Shown here: piece after piece, positions 11,731 through 23,553 of the stretch
Numbering within the stretch: the stretch's first letter is position 1
Layout of the letters: each line of letters opens with the position of its first letter
Assembly: GCA_000708835.1 (NCBI GenBank)
Contig: DF237478.1
Span: forward strand, 1-62,748
Direction of reading: 5' to 3'
Source: Klebsormidium nitens
Taxonomy: Eukaryota > Plantae > Klebsormidiophyceae
DNA length: 62,748 bases
Translations under genes and position numbers: made by a program
Notes under the pieces: model-generated
The model's database searches: none
Told to the model about the DNA's origin: nothing
What the model saw: only the letters and a program-made list of their open reading frames with translations

Positions 11731-14039
11731 TCACTCAGGCATTGGCAAGGTGCCTCCTTTTTCAATGATCTTCGACTCAATCTGGGAAAAGGGAAGAAAG
11801 CCACAGTCTCTATGGATGTCCCCGGGTTTGCAGCAACGTTCAAGGATTTTAAACATCTGGATCTGAATCAGCTTCTCATCTATGACAAACACAACCTTTC
11901 AAACGCTTCCTCCCAATAACCTTGCGCCACATTCATCCAGGCGAGATGAGATAGCGTTCACCCTGAGGAGAGCGCAACAAACGATCAGAGCCCTGCCAGC
12001 AATAGGCACTCACATCTAGAAGCTCCCCCAGCTTCGCTTTGAAGAGCGCAAATTCCTGCTTCACCTTCTCCAGGGAGGCTTTGCACCTGTAGCAGGGGAA
12101 CACACCAAGAATTAGCTGTCATCGCGTGCTAGCAAGATCCTGCAAGCATTGGCGGTGCCCGCTGCAATCCACTGCGAGCCCCCAAAAGCAAAGGGGCACG
12201 GCCGCAGCCTGTACCCCGGCGCAATGAGCGCATCTGGTGGAGCAGCAGCCGCGACTCACCCGGGTGCATCCTCTTTGTCGCAGCACAGCCGGAAGCTCTT
12301 GCAAACCTCGGTTACGCGGTGGGCTCCCACACTGCAGGCCAAGAACCATACGCTCATCAGACACCGGCCCAAGGTCTTTGGTGGGAGAGTGAAGGGAAGG
12401 GCAGGCCCAGGACCAATGCAGCCACCCAGAGACCGCTGCTGAATGGCGAACATTCAGAGAATGTTCCAGCAATCAAGGAGGGGTGTGTTCCCACGCCCTG
12501 CACCAGTCGACCAGCGGGGGGCCTGACGGCAGGCGGGGCCTGCAGTTCCAGTTTGTGCAACGAGTGTGCTCACCTTGAGCTGCTCCCCTTAAATTGGTGT
12601 ACGTGCGCATCCACTTGCTTGTAATCTATGGGTTCCGTTTTCCTGCAACAAGCGGACAACCCAAGCATGAGGTCATGCGGCAGTGTCAACCGACGGTCTA
12701 CAATGGATGCCAGCAGCTGGAGCAGATCGGTCCAAACATTGTAAGCAGCTGCTTCTGACTTAGCAGTAGTGCATCAAAGAGCAACAGTGACAAAAATGGT
12801 AGACCCCAATTACACAGGCAGGCAACCCAGTATTGCTGCGTAGATTGCTTGTACGTTGACAGGCTAGCTGCTTGCTTCTTGTGGTCAGCGCTGCTGTGGG
12901 AAGCTTACACTTCTTTCGATAGCTGGTCCAGCAGCTTTGTGGAGTCCTCAAAGAACAGGTCGACAACCTCCTTGACAAAGTCCTGGTTGCTGTCGTCTTG
13001 CAACTGCTGGAGCTGAGTGAACTGCTCATCCAGCACCCCCTGAGAGGCACACCAAAAGAACTCAGATCAGCACAAGAAAGACGCGGGGTGAAAAGCATAC
13101 CACCAGTTGCCCATGCCTGTTGTAGTCACCTGGTGTCAGAATCTTTCAAGGTGACAACGCACCAGGAAAAAGGTGGCGGATCCGCAACGCAACATAATGC
13201 ATAGCAGCAGCGGGCCCATTCCAACTCCCTACAGCCTTGCCAATGTGATGGTGCATCAAGTTTGCAGCTTGGCAACAAACCGGCGCCCAAAGCTTGACAA
13301 GTAGCTGAGACAATAGAACAGGCAATTAGGAGGGCTTGAGGGTGACAGTGGGAACAGAATTGAATGGGATGGCACATTCTCCAGCATAATCGAGCACCGA
13401 ACTTCTTGATTTGTTGACAGCAAAAGCTCCTTCCAATCAGGAACAAACCTGTTTGTGAATGAGACATGCACGCTGCCACCTAAAACTAGACCACTGCAAG
13501 AGGCATTCGCAGATTGTGCTCAGTGTGCACGAGCTGGGCCTCTAACAGTTCCGTCGATCATAACAACTCTGAATTGTGAGTTTGCAGGCATTTGAGTGGA
13601 ACGTCCTCTTGACCTCTGTTCCATATTCGACTTGCGTTTACCAGCGATGATGTAACAGAACTGATACCATCTTTTACCAGTCAGCCACATCCTTTCTCAC
13701 CGCATGCTTACAGTAACTCGCCAAAATTAGCGACTGGAAATACACGAATCAATCTGCACAAGCGAGAAGATATCTTCCCACAATCTGCGCTTATAAGCAC
13801 AATCATGCAAGCCAGAAGCGTAAATGCACGGGAGGTGTGAAAGCACCTCAGGGGACCCTTTGTCCGCCATGCAATCCCAACCATGGCCATCCACTTACAT
13901 CGTCCAGTAGCTTTGTTCTGAATTCTTCCAGGTACTCCTGCAGTTCCTCCACGCTCTTCTCCTCCAGTACATCGGCCTTCTTGCTCTCTGCTCCGTCCAC
14001 TTTCCCCTGCTTCTGCGGTGTCATGCTTTTCTCACTCAT
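11731..14039 (-). CDS. AHP: Histidine-containing phosphotransfer protein (HPt/AHP family)
   Basis: Spliced exons give GVLDEQFTQLQQLQDDSNQDFVKEVVDLFFEDS, DYKQVDAHVHQFKGSSS (phospho-accepting H-Q-x-K-G-S-S motif), VGAHRVTEVCKSFR, CKASLEKVKQEF and the terminal IESKIIEKGGTLPMPE-stop. Confidence 0.95.
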
Positions 14040-14750
14040 GGCAGCGAACCACAACACAAACTCAGCGCATCCGCGCACAATCACCTAAAGCAGATTCACT
14101 TTATATGGCCTCAGTAGCATGCGGTCTGCGCAACAGGCAAACAGCGGTGATGCCGCCTCTGCAACAGTCCCTGGGCCGCTATGCGAAAGTCTAGGACTAT
14201 AGCGACAGAGGCCGCCTATATTCAGTACAAACAGGCGGTCCTGCTTCCCTGCAGACGCAGCACTGGATGCCTGTTTTGGAGGATGGTCAACCCTCTATGC
14301 ATCTCATCCATTCACCATTGGCACTGGCAGGGGCCAGAGAGCAAATCGACAGTTGGGAAATATTTATCAGTACGTATATTAGCCGAGATAACAATAAGGT
14401 AACCGCATTGGGACGGATAGGGTTAGCCTGGTTTTTAGGGTGGGTGCGGGTGCGGATCAGGTATCTTCTTGGGTTAGGGTTCTTTTGTTAGTCAAAGCTT
14501 ATTATTTGATCTTGACTTATAAAGGATACTCTTTCTTGAGTGTGATTTACCTCTTAGAGGTACATATCATCTCGTACATCTGCACCCGTTCCCAGTCACC
14601 AGTTCGATGATGGAAATTGAGTGACCGTCGATACAGGTCCTACCCACTTACCCAGTTGCCAAGTTCGAGAAAGGACGAATCCAAGCCACATAAAGGTACC
14701 ACTCTGGGGCAATATGCCAATAGCGTATACACGGGGCTCGTATATAGGTA

Positions 14751-14837
14751 GGCAGGTACCTTACCTATACCGGTACCTAGGCTACCTTACCTATACCGGT
14801 ACCTACCGTAGTACCGTAGCCTGGGTACCTTGCCCTG
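14751..14837. mobile_element. Possible minimal hAT-like relic in the AHP/TIM21-like divergent promoter
   Basis: GGCAGGTACC at 14751 vs GGTACCTTGCCCTG ending 14837 (CAGGG-type end on the minus strand); flanks TATAGGTA / TGTAGGTA (7/8); internal exact 23-bp duplication TACCTTACCTATACCGGTACCTA at 14757-14779 and 14783-14805. Confidence 0.3.
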
Positions 14838-14946
14838 TGTAGGTAGTGGGGAACCTAAATCGTCTTGATCACGGATATGTACAGGCTGCACGCACCAGTG
14901 GGCAAACAGCTTGGAGGGTTCGGGGGCAATCTTGGGACGCTGCAGC

Positions 14947-17900
14947 ATGGGATCGCTTCAGGGCATCCGATTGGTTGCGTCTGCCTTGAGATCTACGCGT
15001 AGCTGGCCTGGCTATGCTGGCTTCGGCCAGATCACTCCGTTGTGGAAAGAGCTTCCGCTGAGGAGCCCAGCACTGGGTCTGCCCCTGCCACCAATCACTG
15101 CAGAATTGCATGTGCGCACATGGGCCTTCAGAGCACTGTCATCCTCCGCCGTCCAGGCGCAGAGCAATGCAATCAGATTCCCAGCAGAAACAGCATTCCA
15201 ATGGCACTCTGTCGCCCCTCACATTGAAAGTAAATCACATTTTCTCCAACAAGCCATCACGCCCGCCATTCTTCCCATTCTCAACAGTGCCACCTCGAGC
15301 GTTGTGCAAGAGGCTTCTCTGAAAGTTCCACACTGTGGCGATGGGGCGCCGCTGCTGAGCAGACCCTTCTCTACGGCCCCCGGGAGCTGCGCTCCTCTGC
15401 TCCTGCACCCTTCCTGCCCTGCCCTCTCCCTGCCCATCCTCTCTGCTGGCCTGCCCCCTGGTGTCAGGCAGACCGCTGGCTGGCGCTCCTTTTCTAGCAG
15501 CCCGGCCCCCAGCGAGCAGCAGGGATGGGCGCAGCGCCTCCGCAGCCAGACGCGGTCTGCGGTGGCCCAGCCGCGCAATGTGGCCGCCGGGGTGGCGGAG
15601 AAGGGGGCCGCAGCCTTTGACTCCCTCACAGGGGCGGGGGCCCGCTACCGGCATGCCCTCGGGCTGCAGGTGAGGAATAGCTCGTGAGCTGGCCCATTGT
15701 TCATCCCATGCTGCCACCACGGTGCTGCCAGCATGGGAGCTGTTCCGCCTGATCCTGTGTTCTCCTCATCTTGCATCTGTCCCCAACTTCGCAACTCCTG
15801 CTTATTCGTAGAGAAGTTGCGGAGAAGAGGTGCCCCTGCTTTCGGATGCTTTGTCGTTTACTACAGCTGTTCCAAACATTGACCATGTCAATTCTTTCTC
15901 CCCCGTAACGTCATGTCTCCTTGAATTGTCCAGTCCCACCTGCCACCACCAATCCTTTTCCTTCGTGTTCTTCTCCAAGATGTCCCTGTTGATTCCCTCG
16001 ACCTTTCAAACGGGACAATCGATTGCAGCGGGCCATTTCTTGTAGATCTTTCACGTTTCTCCCCTGGGTTTCTTGTGACGGTTGGTCCAACCTGTGCTCC
16101 AGGTGGCTGGCTTCTGGAACCGCAACAGCCTGCTCCTGTACGGGGCCCTGGGCCTGGCCGTCGTCCTCATCCTGTGGCGGGTCATGTTCTGGCTGGCCTC
16201 CATCTTCCTCAACTTCTCAGGTGACCCCACGGTCAGGATGATGACCCAGATCTGGCGCGGTCCGACGGTGCATCCCCCAGAGCGCTTCTGGTGAAAAGTC
16301 GAACCTTGACGGCGGTCCCCAATTCAGGACGAGCAGACCAAGAGAATACGGCCCCAAAACCTGATTGCAGGAACCTGGATATTTTGACTCGGATGCATCC
16401 ACTGACCCGCAACTGAACGGCTCATCGTTCGATCTCTCAAATATGCTACGTTCCGTTTTCACAGAATGGATGGCCAATCTCGGGTTCCTGGCGCTGGCTA
16501 GTTCCATGGTTCTTATGACGGTAAGCTTTTCGATACCCTGCGAAAAATTTGACTAGGAAAGCAGGCAATGTGTTGAAACTCATACGGCCACTCAAAAGTG
16601 CACGCAGAAGCTTCTAGCTACTAAGTCGCAGCGTCAATCCTCAAAGAGCTGCCACCTTGCACGTCGTAATGTGTTCTGGTACTCAAGATGAGGCAGACTC
16701 GTGTAAGGCGATGAAAGTCGACAACAGGAGACTTCGGAGTTCAATGGTGCAGGGGAAGCAGACGTGTGTCAAGCTTACTCGGTGTTGTCCACCTTTTGCC
16801 GGGAGGGCAGCTGCCGCCCTCGTCCTCCCCCTGCCAGTGACACCGCCGTCTGTTTTGTTGCTGCCAGGGGCTGTACCTGCGGCGCCGCATGAGCATCAAC
16901 CCCGACTCCGTCTACCGCCAGGTCATGCGACAGGTGTCGCGCTTCACTCCCGCTCCTCTGTCAAGGTTCCGACATTCTTAACTTTGCAGCCAACAATATA
17001 TGGTCATCGCTGTCATCCTCCGTCTCCTCGAAAGTCCAGGGAGGCCCGAGCGCAACTTGAAAGCTCTCTGGAAGGTCGAACATTGCTCAAATCGATGGCT
17101 CTTCTGTAAGAAGGCCTCCAGTGCAATCCAATCCGTCAGTAGATTGTGTCTTTGTATGTTGCGGCGCCATCAGTGAAGCAGATTCCGGTTGGTTGGTGAC
17201 GGCATAGGACGCCAACCGCCTGGTCCTTTGCGTCAGATCCAGGATTGATTTTAACGGCCCCGCCTTTTCCCTTTCCCTGCAGGTGAACACCTTCCCGTCG
17301 GCGCTCGAGGTGCTGGGTGCCCCCCTGACCGGCTCTGACGTGCGTGCATACGTCATGTCGGGGGGCGGCATCCGCATAAGGGGCCTCACCCCCAAGTTCT
17401 CCACCAAGCGCGCGTACCTCATCTTCCCCGTCCGGGGCTCCGAGCGGCGCGGCCTCGTGTCGGTCGAAGCCAAGAAGCGGCACGGCAAGGTGAGAGCAAG
17501 GGGCCACGCGGCGAGCAGGGCCGGCAGGAGGCGGGGGACGACCGCTCGTGGCTGCCGTGATCGTCGAATTCGGCTCGAGATCTGGTTCCATACCCCACCC
17601 GTTCGTTTGCAAATTTGAACGACTGAACTGGATGATGAGAGATATCAAAGTCTCGTCACCCTGTTTAGGATTCCCCGATGTTTGTTCCATAACGCATGCC
17701 GCAAACAAAACACGGATGAGCTGGGGTCTGGCAGACGCTATGCCACAGAGGCGGTCGTGTCCGCTCCGGCTGACGCGCGCCCCCTCGGCTGCGGTGCGTG
17801 CAGTACGAGTTCAAGCTGATCTCGGTGGACGTGCCGACCGCGGCGGGCGCAGCGGAACAGCGGCTGTACCTCGTGGGTGACGCGGCCGCGTACCAAAAGG

Positions 17901-18642
17901 CGGGCACGCTCATCAACGAGCTGCGAGACCCCATCATCAAGGTCAGCACCGATCGGTCCGGAGTTGCGGGATAGTAGTCAATGGGATTTGTTAAACTAAC
18001 CTAAGCTCGTTGCCTTGGGACGGGACAGGATGCGGAGCAGGCACATTTGATTAGGGTTTCTTGCATTAACGGCAGTACTCCTTGAGCCCCTAAATCTCTT
18101 GACAATTGAGGGTTATCTCAGCAAGACAACGCGGGAAGTGCGCCGCGCGCCGGGAGGACGAGGCCCACCCCGAGCGAGGGAGTCACACCTGAGTCGCCGC
18201 AAAAGCAGACCATCAGACTGCGACTGCACGGCCGTGCTTCTCGTGTCCAGGCGGACATGGGCGACAATCGTCGCACCTGGCTTCAGTATGATTTGTAGGG
18301 TGTGTGCATGACGCTGACTTCTGCTTTCGGTCCCTTTTGTTGATAGCGACTTTAGGGACGTGCATGCCTTGTGAAGGACTGCGGTGCGTGGCCTTGTCCA
18401 CTGCGGCAGGCGGCAAGGGCCGACTGACCCGGTGCCGGGCTGCGGCGCAGGCCATGTCGATGGAGCACCAGTTCGAGGAGGAGGACGACAAGGAGGACGA
18501 GGAGGAGGCGCGCGCGCGGCGCGACGCGGAGGCGCAGCAGTTCCAGGAGCAGCTGGCCAGGGAGGCGGACCAGCTGGCGGCGGAGGCGGCAGCCAGGGAA
18601 CAAGAACAAGAAGCGGCCAGGGCCGACAGCAAGGCGCGGTAG
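14947..18642 (+). CDS. Mitochondrial inner-membrane TIM21-like protein (plant type), multi-exon
   Basis: Long Ser/Ala/Leu/Arg-rich presequence-like exon 1; TM exons (LLLYGALGLAVVLILWRVMFWLASIF; LGFLALASSMVLMT); then SINPDSVYRQVMRQ, LEVLGAPLTGSDVRAYVMSGGG and AYLIFPVRGSERRGLVSVEAKK/YEFKLISVDVP, as I recall them from plant TIM21-like proteins. Confidence 0.75.
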
Positions 18643-19543
18643 GGACGTGAGCAGGGGCCGGGGGTTAGATGCAGGGCAGACGTGACGGAGAAAAGGTCGA
18701 GTGGTTAATCGTCAGGCATGAATAGGGAAAGTCAACTGAAGGAGCCAAATAATCAATTAATTTCGGTGAACAGAGGTTCTTCGGGCTCCTCACCTTGGTG
18801 GTTTAGATTGGAGTACCTGCTGTCTTGCTTGGGCTTGAAGATTTAAGGATTGAAGACAGTCAGATCAGTAAGCGGGCCTTCAGTCGAGGACTGCTGAGTC
18901 TTGCGCCTCCTCGTGTACTTGAGCCACCGGCCGCTCAAGGCCAAAAGTGCACTTGGCACAGTCAGCGTATGAAACAACTTCATGAACCCCATGGCACGGG
19001 CTGCTTTCATAGGGCACTCCGGACTTGTGCAAGTGCGACGAAATTTCACATATGTAACGCTTTGCAACGTCGGGCTCGACATCGAGCTATAAAACAGTAT
19101 TATCTACAGCAATGACGTCTAGATAAGGTTGACATCCAGCGTCGACCAACTAAGTTAGCTGCTAATTCTATATACCGCATTGGTTGAATGTCATATGCGG
19201 CCAATGGCACCTCAGATGCACGATAACGCTGCAATCATCTTAGGCTTAGGCTTAGGCTTGTCATAAGTTGATAGAAGCGGACATCTTCAAACACAACAAT
19301 TGTGTGCCGTGAGAAGCCGCACTGGCTACGGCGTCACGAAAAGAGACCATCATCCAGTCTAGTCCTAGCGCCAGTAGCGCGTTACGGTTCACTCGTGTGC
19401 AGCCCACGCGGTCTGCCCTGCATATAAGCTTGCCCCAAACCAATATCCTATAGCGTTCGCACATAAGCGATGCGCAGGTCCCACCTTGACTGCACCCACC
19501 GGTGGTGGTGATGGGACTCGGAGATCAACAGCAATCGACGCTC

Positions 19544-22016
19544 ATGGCGGCTCCCATGGCGGCTCTACGTCGGCTTTCCGGCTCTTCTGTCGCTGCGGGA
19601 CTGGGGAAGCTGCTTACTGCTAGCAATGATGCAAAGCACCTGCCGCTGGGTGGCCTCCTGTTGCGTTGGCCGCCATTCAGCACAGGCAATGCTGTGCCAG
19701 TGGTGCACACGGGTGTCCTACCGCAGGGGTGGTCTCACTACTGTGCTCAGGAGTCAAGCTCAGTGGCACATCATCGGTTACAAAGCTGGCAGAACCCCCC
19801 ATCAGCAGTTGTGGACACGCTCTTGGGATGGCGTGTGCAGCAGGGTCAAGATGGGCGCCCCTTGACTTGTGCGACTCTTGGAAGCAGCTACTCTGAGTTG
19901 GAGTCCCAGTCACTGCCAGCGCCCTCCCTACTCCTGAATCTAGCAGCAGGGCGCCACTGCTGCACCACTACGGAGCATGATTGCGCTGCTGAATATCCTT
20001 TTACTGGTGGTACAGCAGCAGAACTTCAATCATCAGGCGCGCAACCCCCCAATACTCATTTCCACTTGAAGCAGAGCAGAATCCTGGCCCGCACCCCTGC
20101 GGCGTGGCTTAGTTTGTCGCCCGGTTTGCACGTGCGGCACTTCAGCCAGGACGTGCGGGCCAAGCCCCGCGTGGCGCAGGTGCGCACCTTGCGGTTGGCG
20201 GCGCAGAGCGTCAACACGGTGGTGGAACCATACAAGAAGCCGCGGGTGCTGCCGCTATGGAGGTGAGGGGCCAGCCTGTGCATCCAAGTGTGAAACTTGA
20301 TGATCAGCGCAGTACTTCTTTCAACTGGCGTCTGCTCGTCTCGTCTGACCCGTTGCAGAGCTGGGTGGTGGGGTGGTGGAGCAGAGTCTGCAATGCTGGT
20401 GACTGGCTGTAGCAGCTTGCCACGGCCTTCACTCGCAATCAGTTATATTGAGGCTTTGCTTGCACAGGCGGTGGCTGACGCTGGAGGGCTGGCGCGTGCG
20501 CAAGGACAACATACTGAGCTACCTCAAGACGGGGTACGCCATTGCCAAGGTGAGCCTCAGGGCCCTGCTGTCGTTCTCTAGGCTCTGCAGCACAGCAAAC
20601 CATTCTGCGGTGTGAAGGTCGCCAGGTGCCGCTGGCCTCATGCCTTCTGGGGGCGCCATCTTCTTACTGGAATTATTGCACAAAGACAGATGCGTCGAGC
20701 GCTTCGCTGCTTGTACAGACCTCCTGGGTGTGGCCTTCCTGTTTCTCCAATCCGCTGGCTGGTCATCGGCATAGGCTTCCCTCCGACCCCGTCCTCCCCC
20801 CCACCGGCGCAGGTGAAGCGCGCCATCCCGGGATACAACGTGCCGCTGTTCTTCCGCGACGTGACTCGCCTGTACCTGGCCATCAACCGCGCGTTGGCGG
20901 CAGGCGACACGGGCGTGCTGCGCGGCCTGGTGACGGAGCGCACGCTGGGCCAAATGAAGCAGGAGCTCGAGGTGCGCCGCCGCGGGGGCTGGGCCTCCGT
21001 CGCGTGGGACCTGCCCGACCCCGCCGCCATGCAGTGCCGCACCGTGCACGGCAGGATGGTGAGTGCGCACCACAGCTAAGCCCGACAGAAGGGGAGCAAT
21101 TTCGAAGTGGTATGCGGGGCGCAAACCTGGTTTGCCGGGTGTGGCAGTCTGATCCACTTGGTACCGTGGGGCGCGGCCGCCTGCTTGCCGGCCTCTCTGT
21201 CAAGTAGCCTGCCCTCGCAGCCGTTGTGGCTGCAGAGGAGCTGGACCCGGCTGGGGGCCCTCTGCGGCTGGTCGGGTCTGTAGGAGTAGAAGTTCCGCAA
21301 AAGCACTGTACGCCTACTGTGGGTGGAAAAGTTTGTACCTGGCTTTCTCACTTCCCCAGTCTGTTGCTGTAAGTGCAGTCCGATTACACATTTGTACTTC
21401 TGTCCCGCTGATTTCGCTTGCTCCTCTGCCGTTGGCTGGGTGCTGACTGCGTTGCGGGGTGCGCTATGTGCAGGTGGGCGTGGACCCCAAGAACACGAGC
21501 CTCGCGTTTGCGCAGGTCACCGTGCGGCTGCGGAGCCGCCAGAAGTTTGCGGCATACGACCGCAAAGGCCACCTGCTGGCGGGCAGCCCCGAGCAGGAAG
21601 TAAGTACCGCACCCGGCACCTGCCAGTGTCTTCCGTTCCCTTCGACTGCACTGCCGGAGGTACCACTGTGGTCTTGGTCGTAAGTGTTTTGGGGGATTAG
21701 TCCGCCCGTCTGCAGAAAACAGCCTGGCGGGCGTAGCGGTGACACGTCGAATCGCACAGCTTGTTGTGCTCCTGTTCATCAGGGGGGCTGAGGCCCTTCT
21801 GCTTCTCGCCGCTTGCTTTGCCGGCGCGCCTCCGTGCCAGCTGCGGCTGACGCGCAGTGCGTGTGGTGTACGGTGCAGCTGGAGGTGGAGGACCACTGGG
21901 TGTTTGAGCGCGCGCTGTGGATCAAGGACGCGCACTGGCGCCTCTGCGGCCGCCTCACTCTGGTACGCTGCCCTCCTCGAGAGCTGCCACTCGGTGCTCA
22001 GTCTTTAGAAGGATGA
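19544..22016 (+). CDS. Tim44-related / mL45-like mitochondrial protein, multi-exon
   Basis: Exons give LYLAINRALAAGDTGVLRGLVTE, AFAQVTVRLRSRQKFAAYDRKGHLLAGSPEQE and LEVEDHWVFERAL..WRLCGRL, the Tim44 C-terminal domain pattern. Start could instead be ATG 19511; the 3' end is uncertain (possible donor near 21963). Confidence 0.8.
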
Positions 22017-23553
22017 AATCCCTTGGCGCGCCTGCGGAGTGGCTTAGGCACCGCTTTCACCGTTCTTGTCTACTTTATGGCCCGCTGAATAAAAATAGAA
22101 GAAAAGCAACACTCTGCCGAGTTGACGTAACTCTTTGTACACCCGCCTGCTCCATGACGCATTGTGAGATGGTCCACCTCACCTCCTCCGTTGCTCTCTG
22201 CAGTGACCTTGGCCGGGTGTCGTGGGTCGCAGCTAGCTCGAGCTACGGACGATACATTCAAGGCTCTTCAAGCGGATGGCCTTGGACCGAGGGGTATAAG
22301 TGGAGATCAGGAGCGATGTACCTTGAGAGAAGTCTCCATAAGAAGGACACACGCCATGACACTCACTCACGGCGCTGGCAGGGGGGTCCGTAAGGTGAAC
22401 TGCGGGCGCAGCGCCACTTGAGAGATCAGCTGTTGCAGGGGCTCCATTGTGCGAGATTCGAGCTGCTGGCATACTTTGGGACGGGCTCGAGCTGAAACGC
22501 TCAGAGATCAAGTGTCCTTCATCGATCTTTTACTGATGGGCATGTGAAGATGCAATGCCCATAGAGTCGGTGCATGACGCGAATATTTTCTTGGCATATC
22601 AACCTAGGATCCAGTGCAGCCCGCGTGTCTATGCAGTGGCCTCAACTATTGCATGTGTTTCGTAAACATGAACGCCCACAAGCGCGCGCCATCACTTCGG
22701 ACCCGTTTCCAGTAACAGTCAGTCACACATATGCAGTGACGGCGGCCGGAGCTGCATGTGAGGAAGCACTCGTACGGTCCTGAACTAAAGCTGTAAGCAA
22801 ACAAACTTGAGGAAGCTGCCGGGTACTAGCTAATCGCCGCAAATAGGCTAGGCTACGGCCAACCGAATGCATGCAATCTGATTGAAATCACATCTGCATA
22901 GAGCCGGCCGCGGGGCTCATGTGACGTGTGCTGGCCATGGACAACACGCGACCGCTCAATTAACTATACAGATTGCAGAGATAATGGCCGCCCGGTCATC
23001 ATTATATACGCACATAGGTGATACCAGCTAGGCAGCTAGCTCAGCATGGGGACCTCAAGTTCGAGCCACCTGTAGATGCTCCAGCATCATGACGCGGAGG
23101 CAGCATGCAATTTGATGGCGGCATAAAGCCATGTCTTATTTCAGTGACCGTCCGTCGAGTCCTTTACTGCTAAAGTTGCGCGTCCAAACACCATTATCAA
23201 TAGAGCTGCATAATGCGCAATATCGATTTTGCGCATCCTAAAACGTGGATTAGCAGAGACGAGTTCAACAGCTCATGCAGGTTCGATAGTCTTTTGCAAT
23301 CTCAAACATGCTTGCTTTGCTCAAACCAAGGAGAGAGAGTCGGACCGACCATCTCATCACCACAGGCACCATTTGTCGAAGAAACCTGGAATAAGTAGTC
23401 AATGTTATTCAAGGGTGCGAGCCTGACATTGCAGGCTACGACATGACTGTGACACAGTCTTGGAACCCATATACAATTTGTATGTGTCACTGCCTCCCGA
23501 GATCCCTAGTGCTCCAACACCAGTATACCTTTGCAAGCTCGTGTCAAAGCTCG

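Noticed and set aside
19239-19259. (CTTAGG)3 telomere-like microsatellite
   Set aside because: Only three and a half units, and not the TTT(T)AGGG type seen elsewhere in the window; likely slippage.
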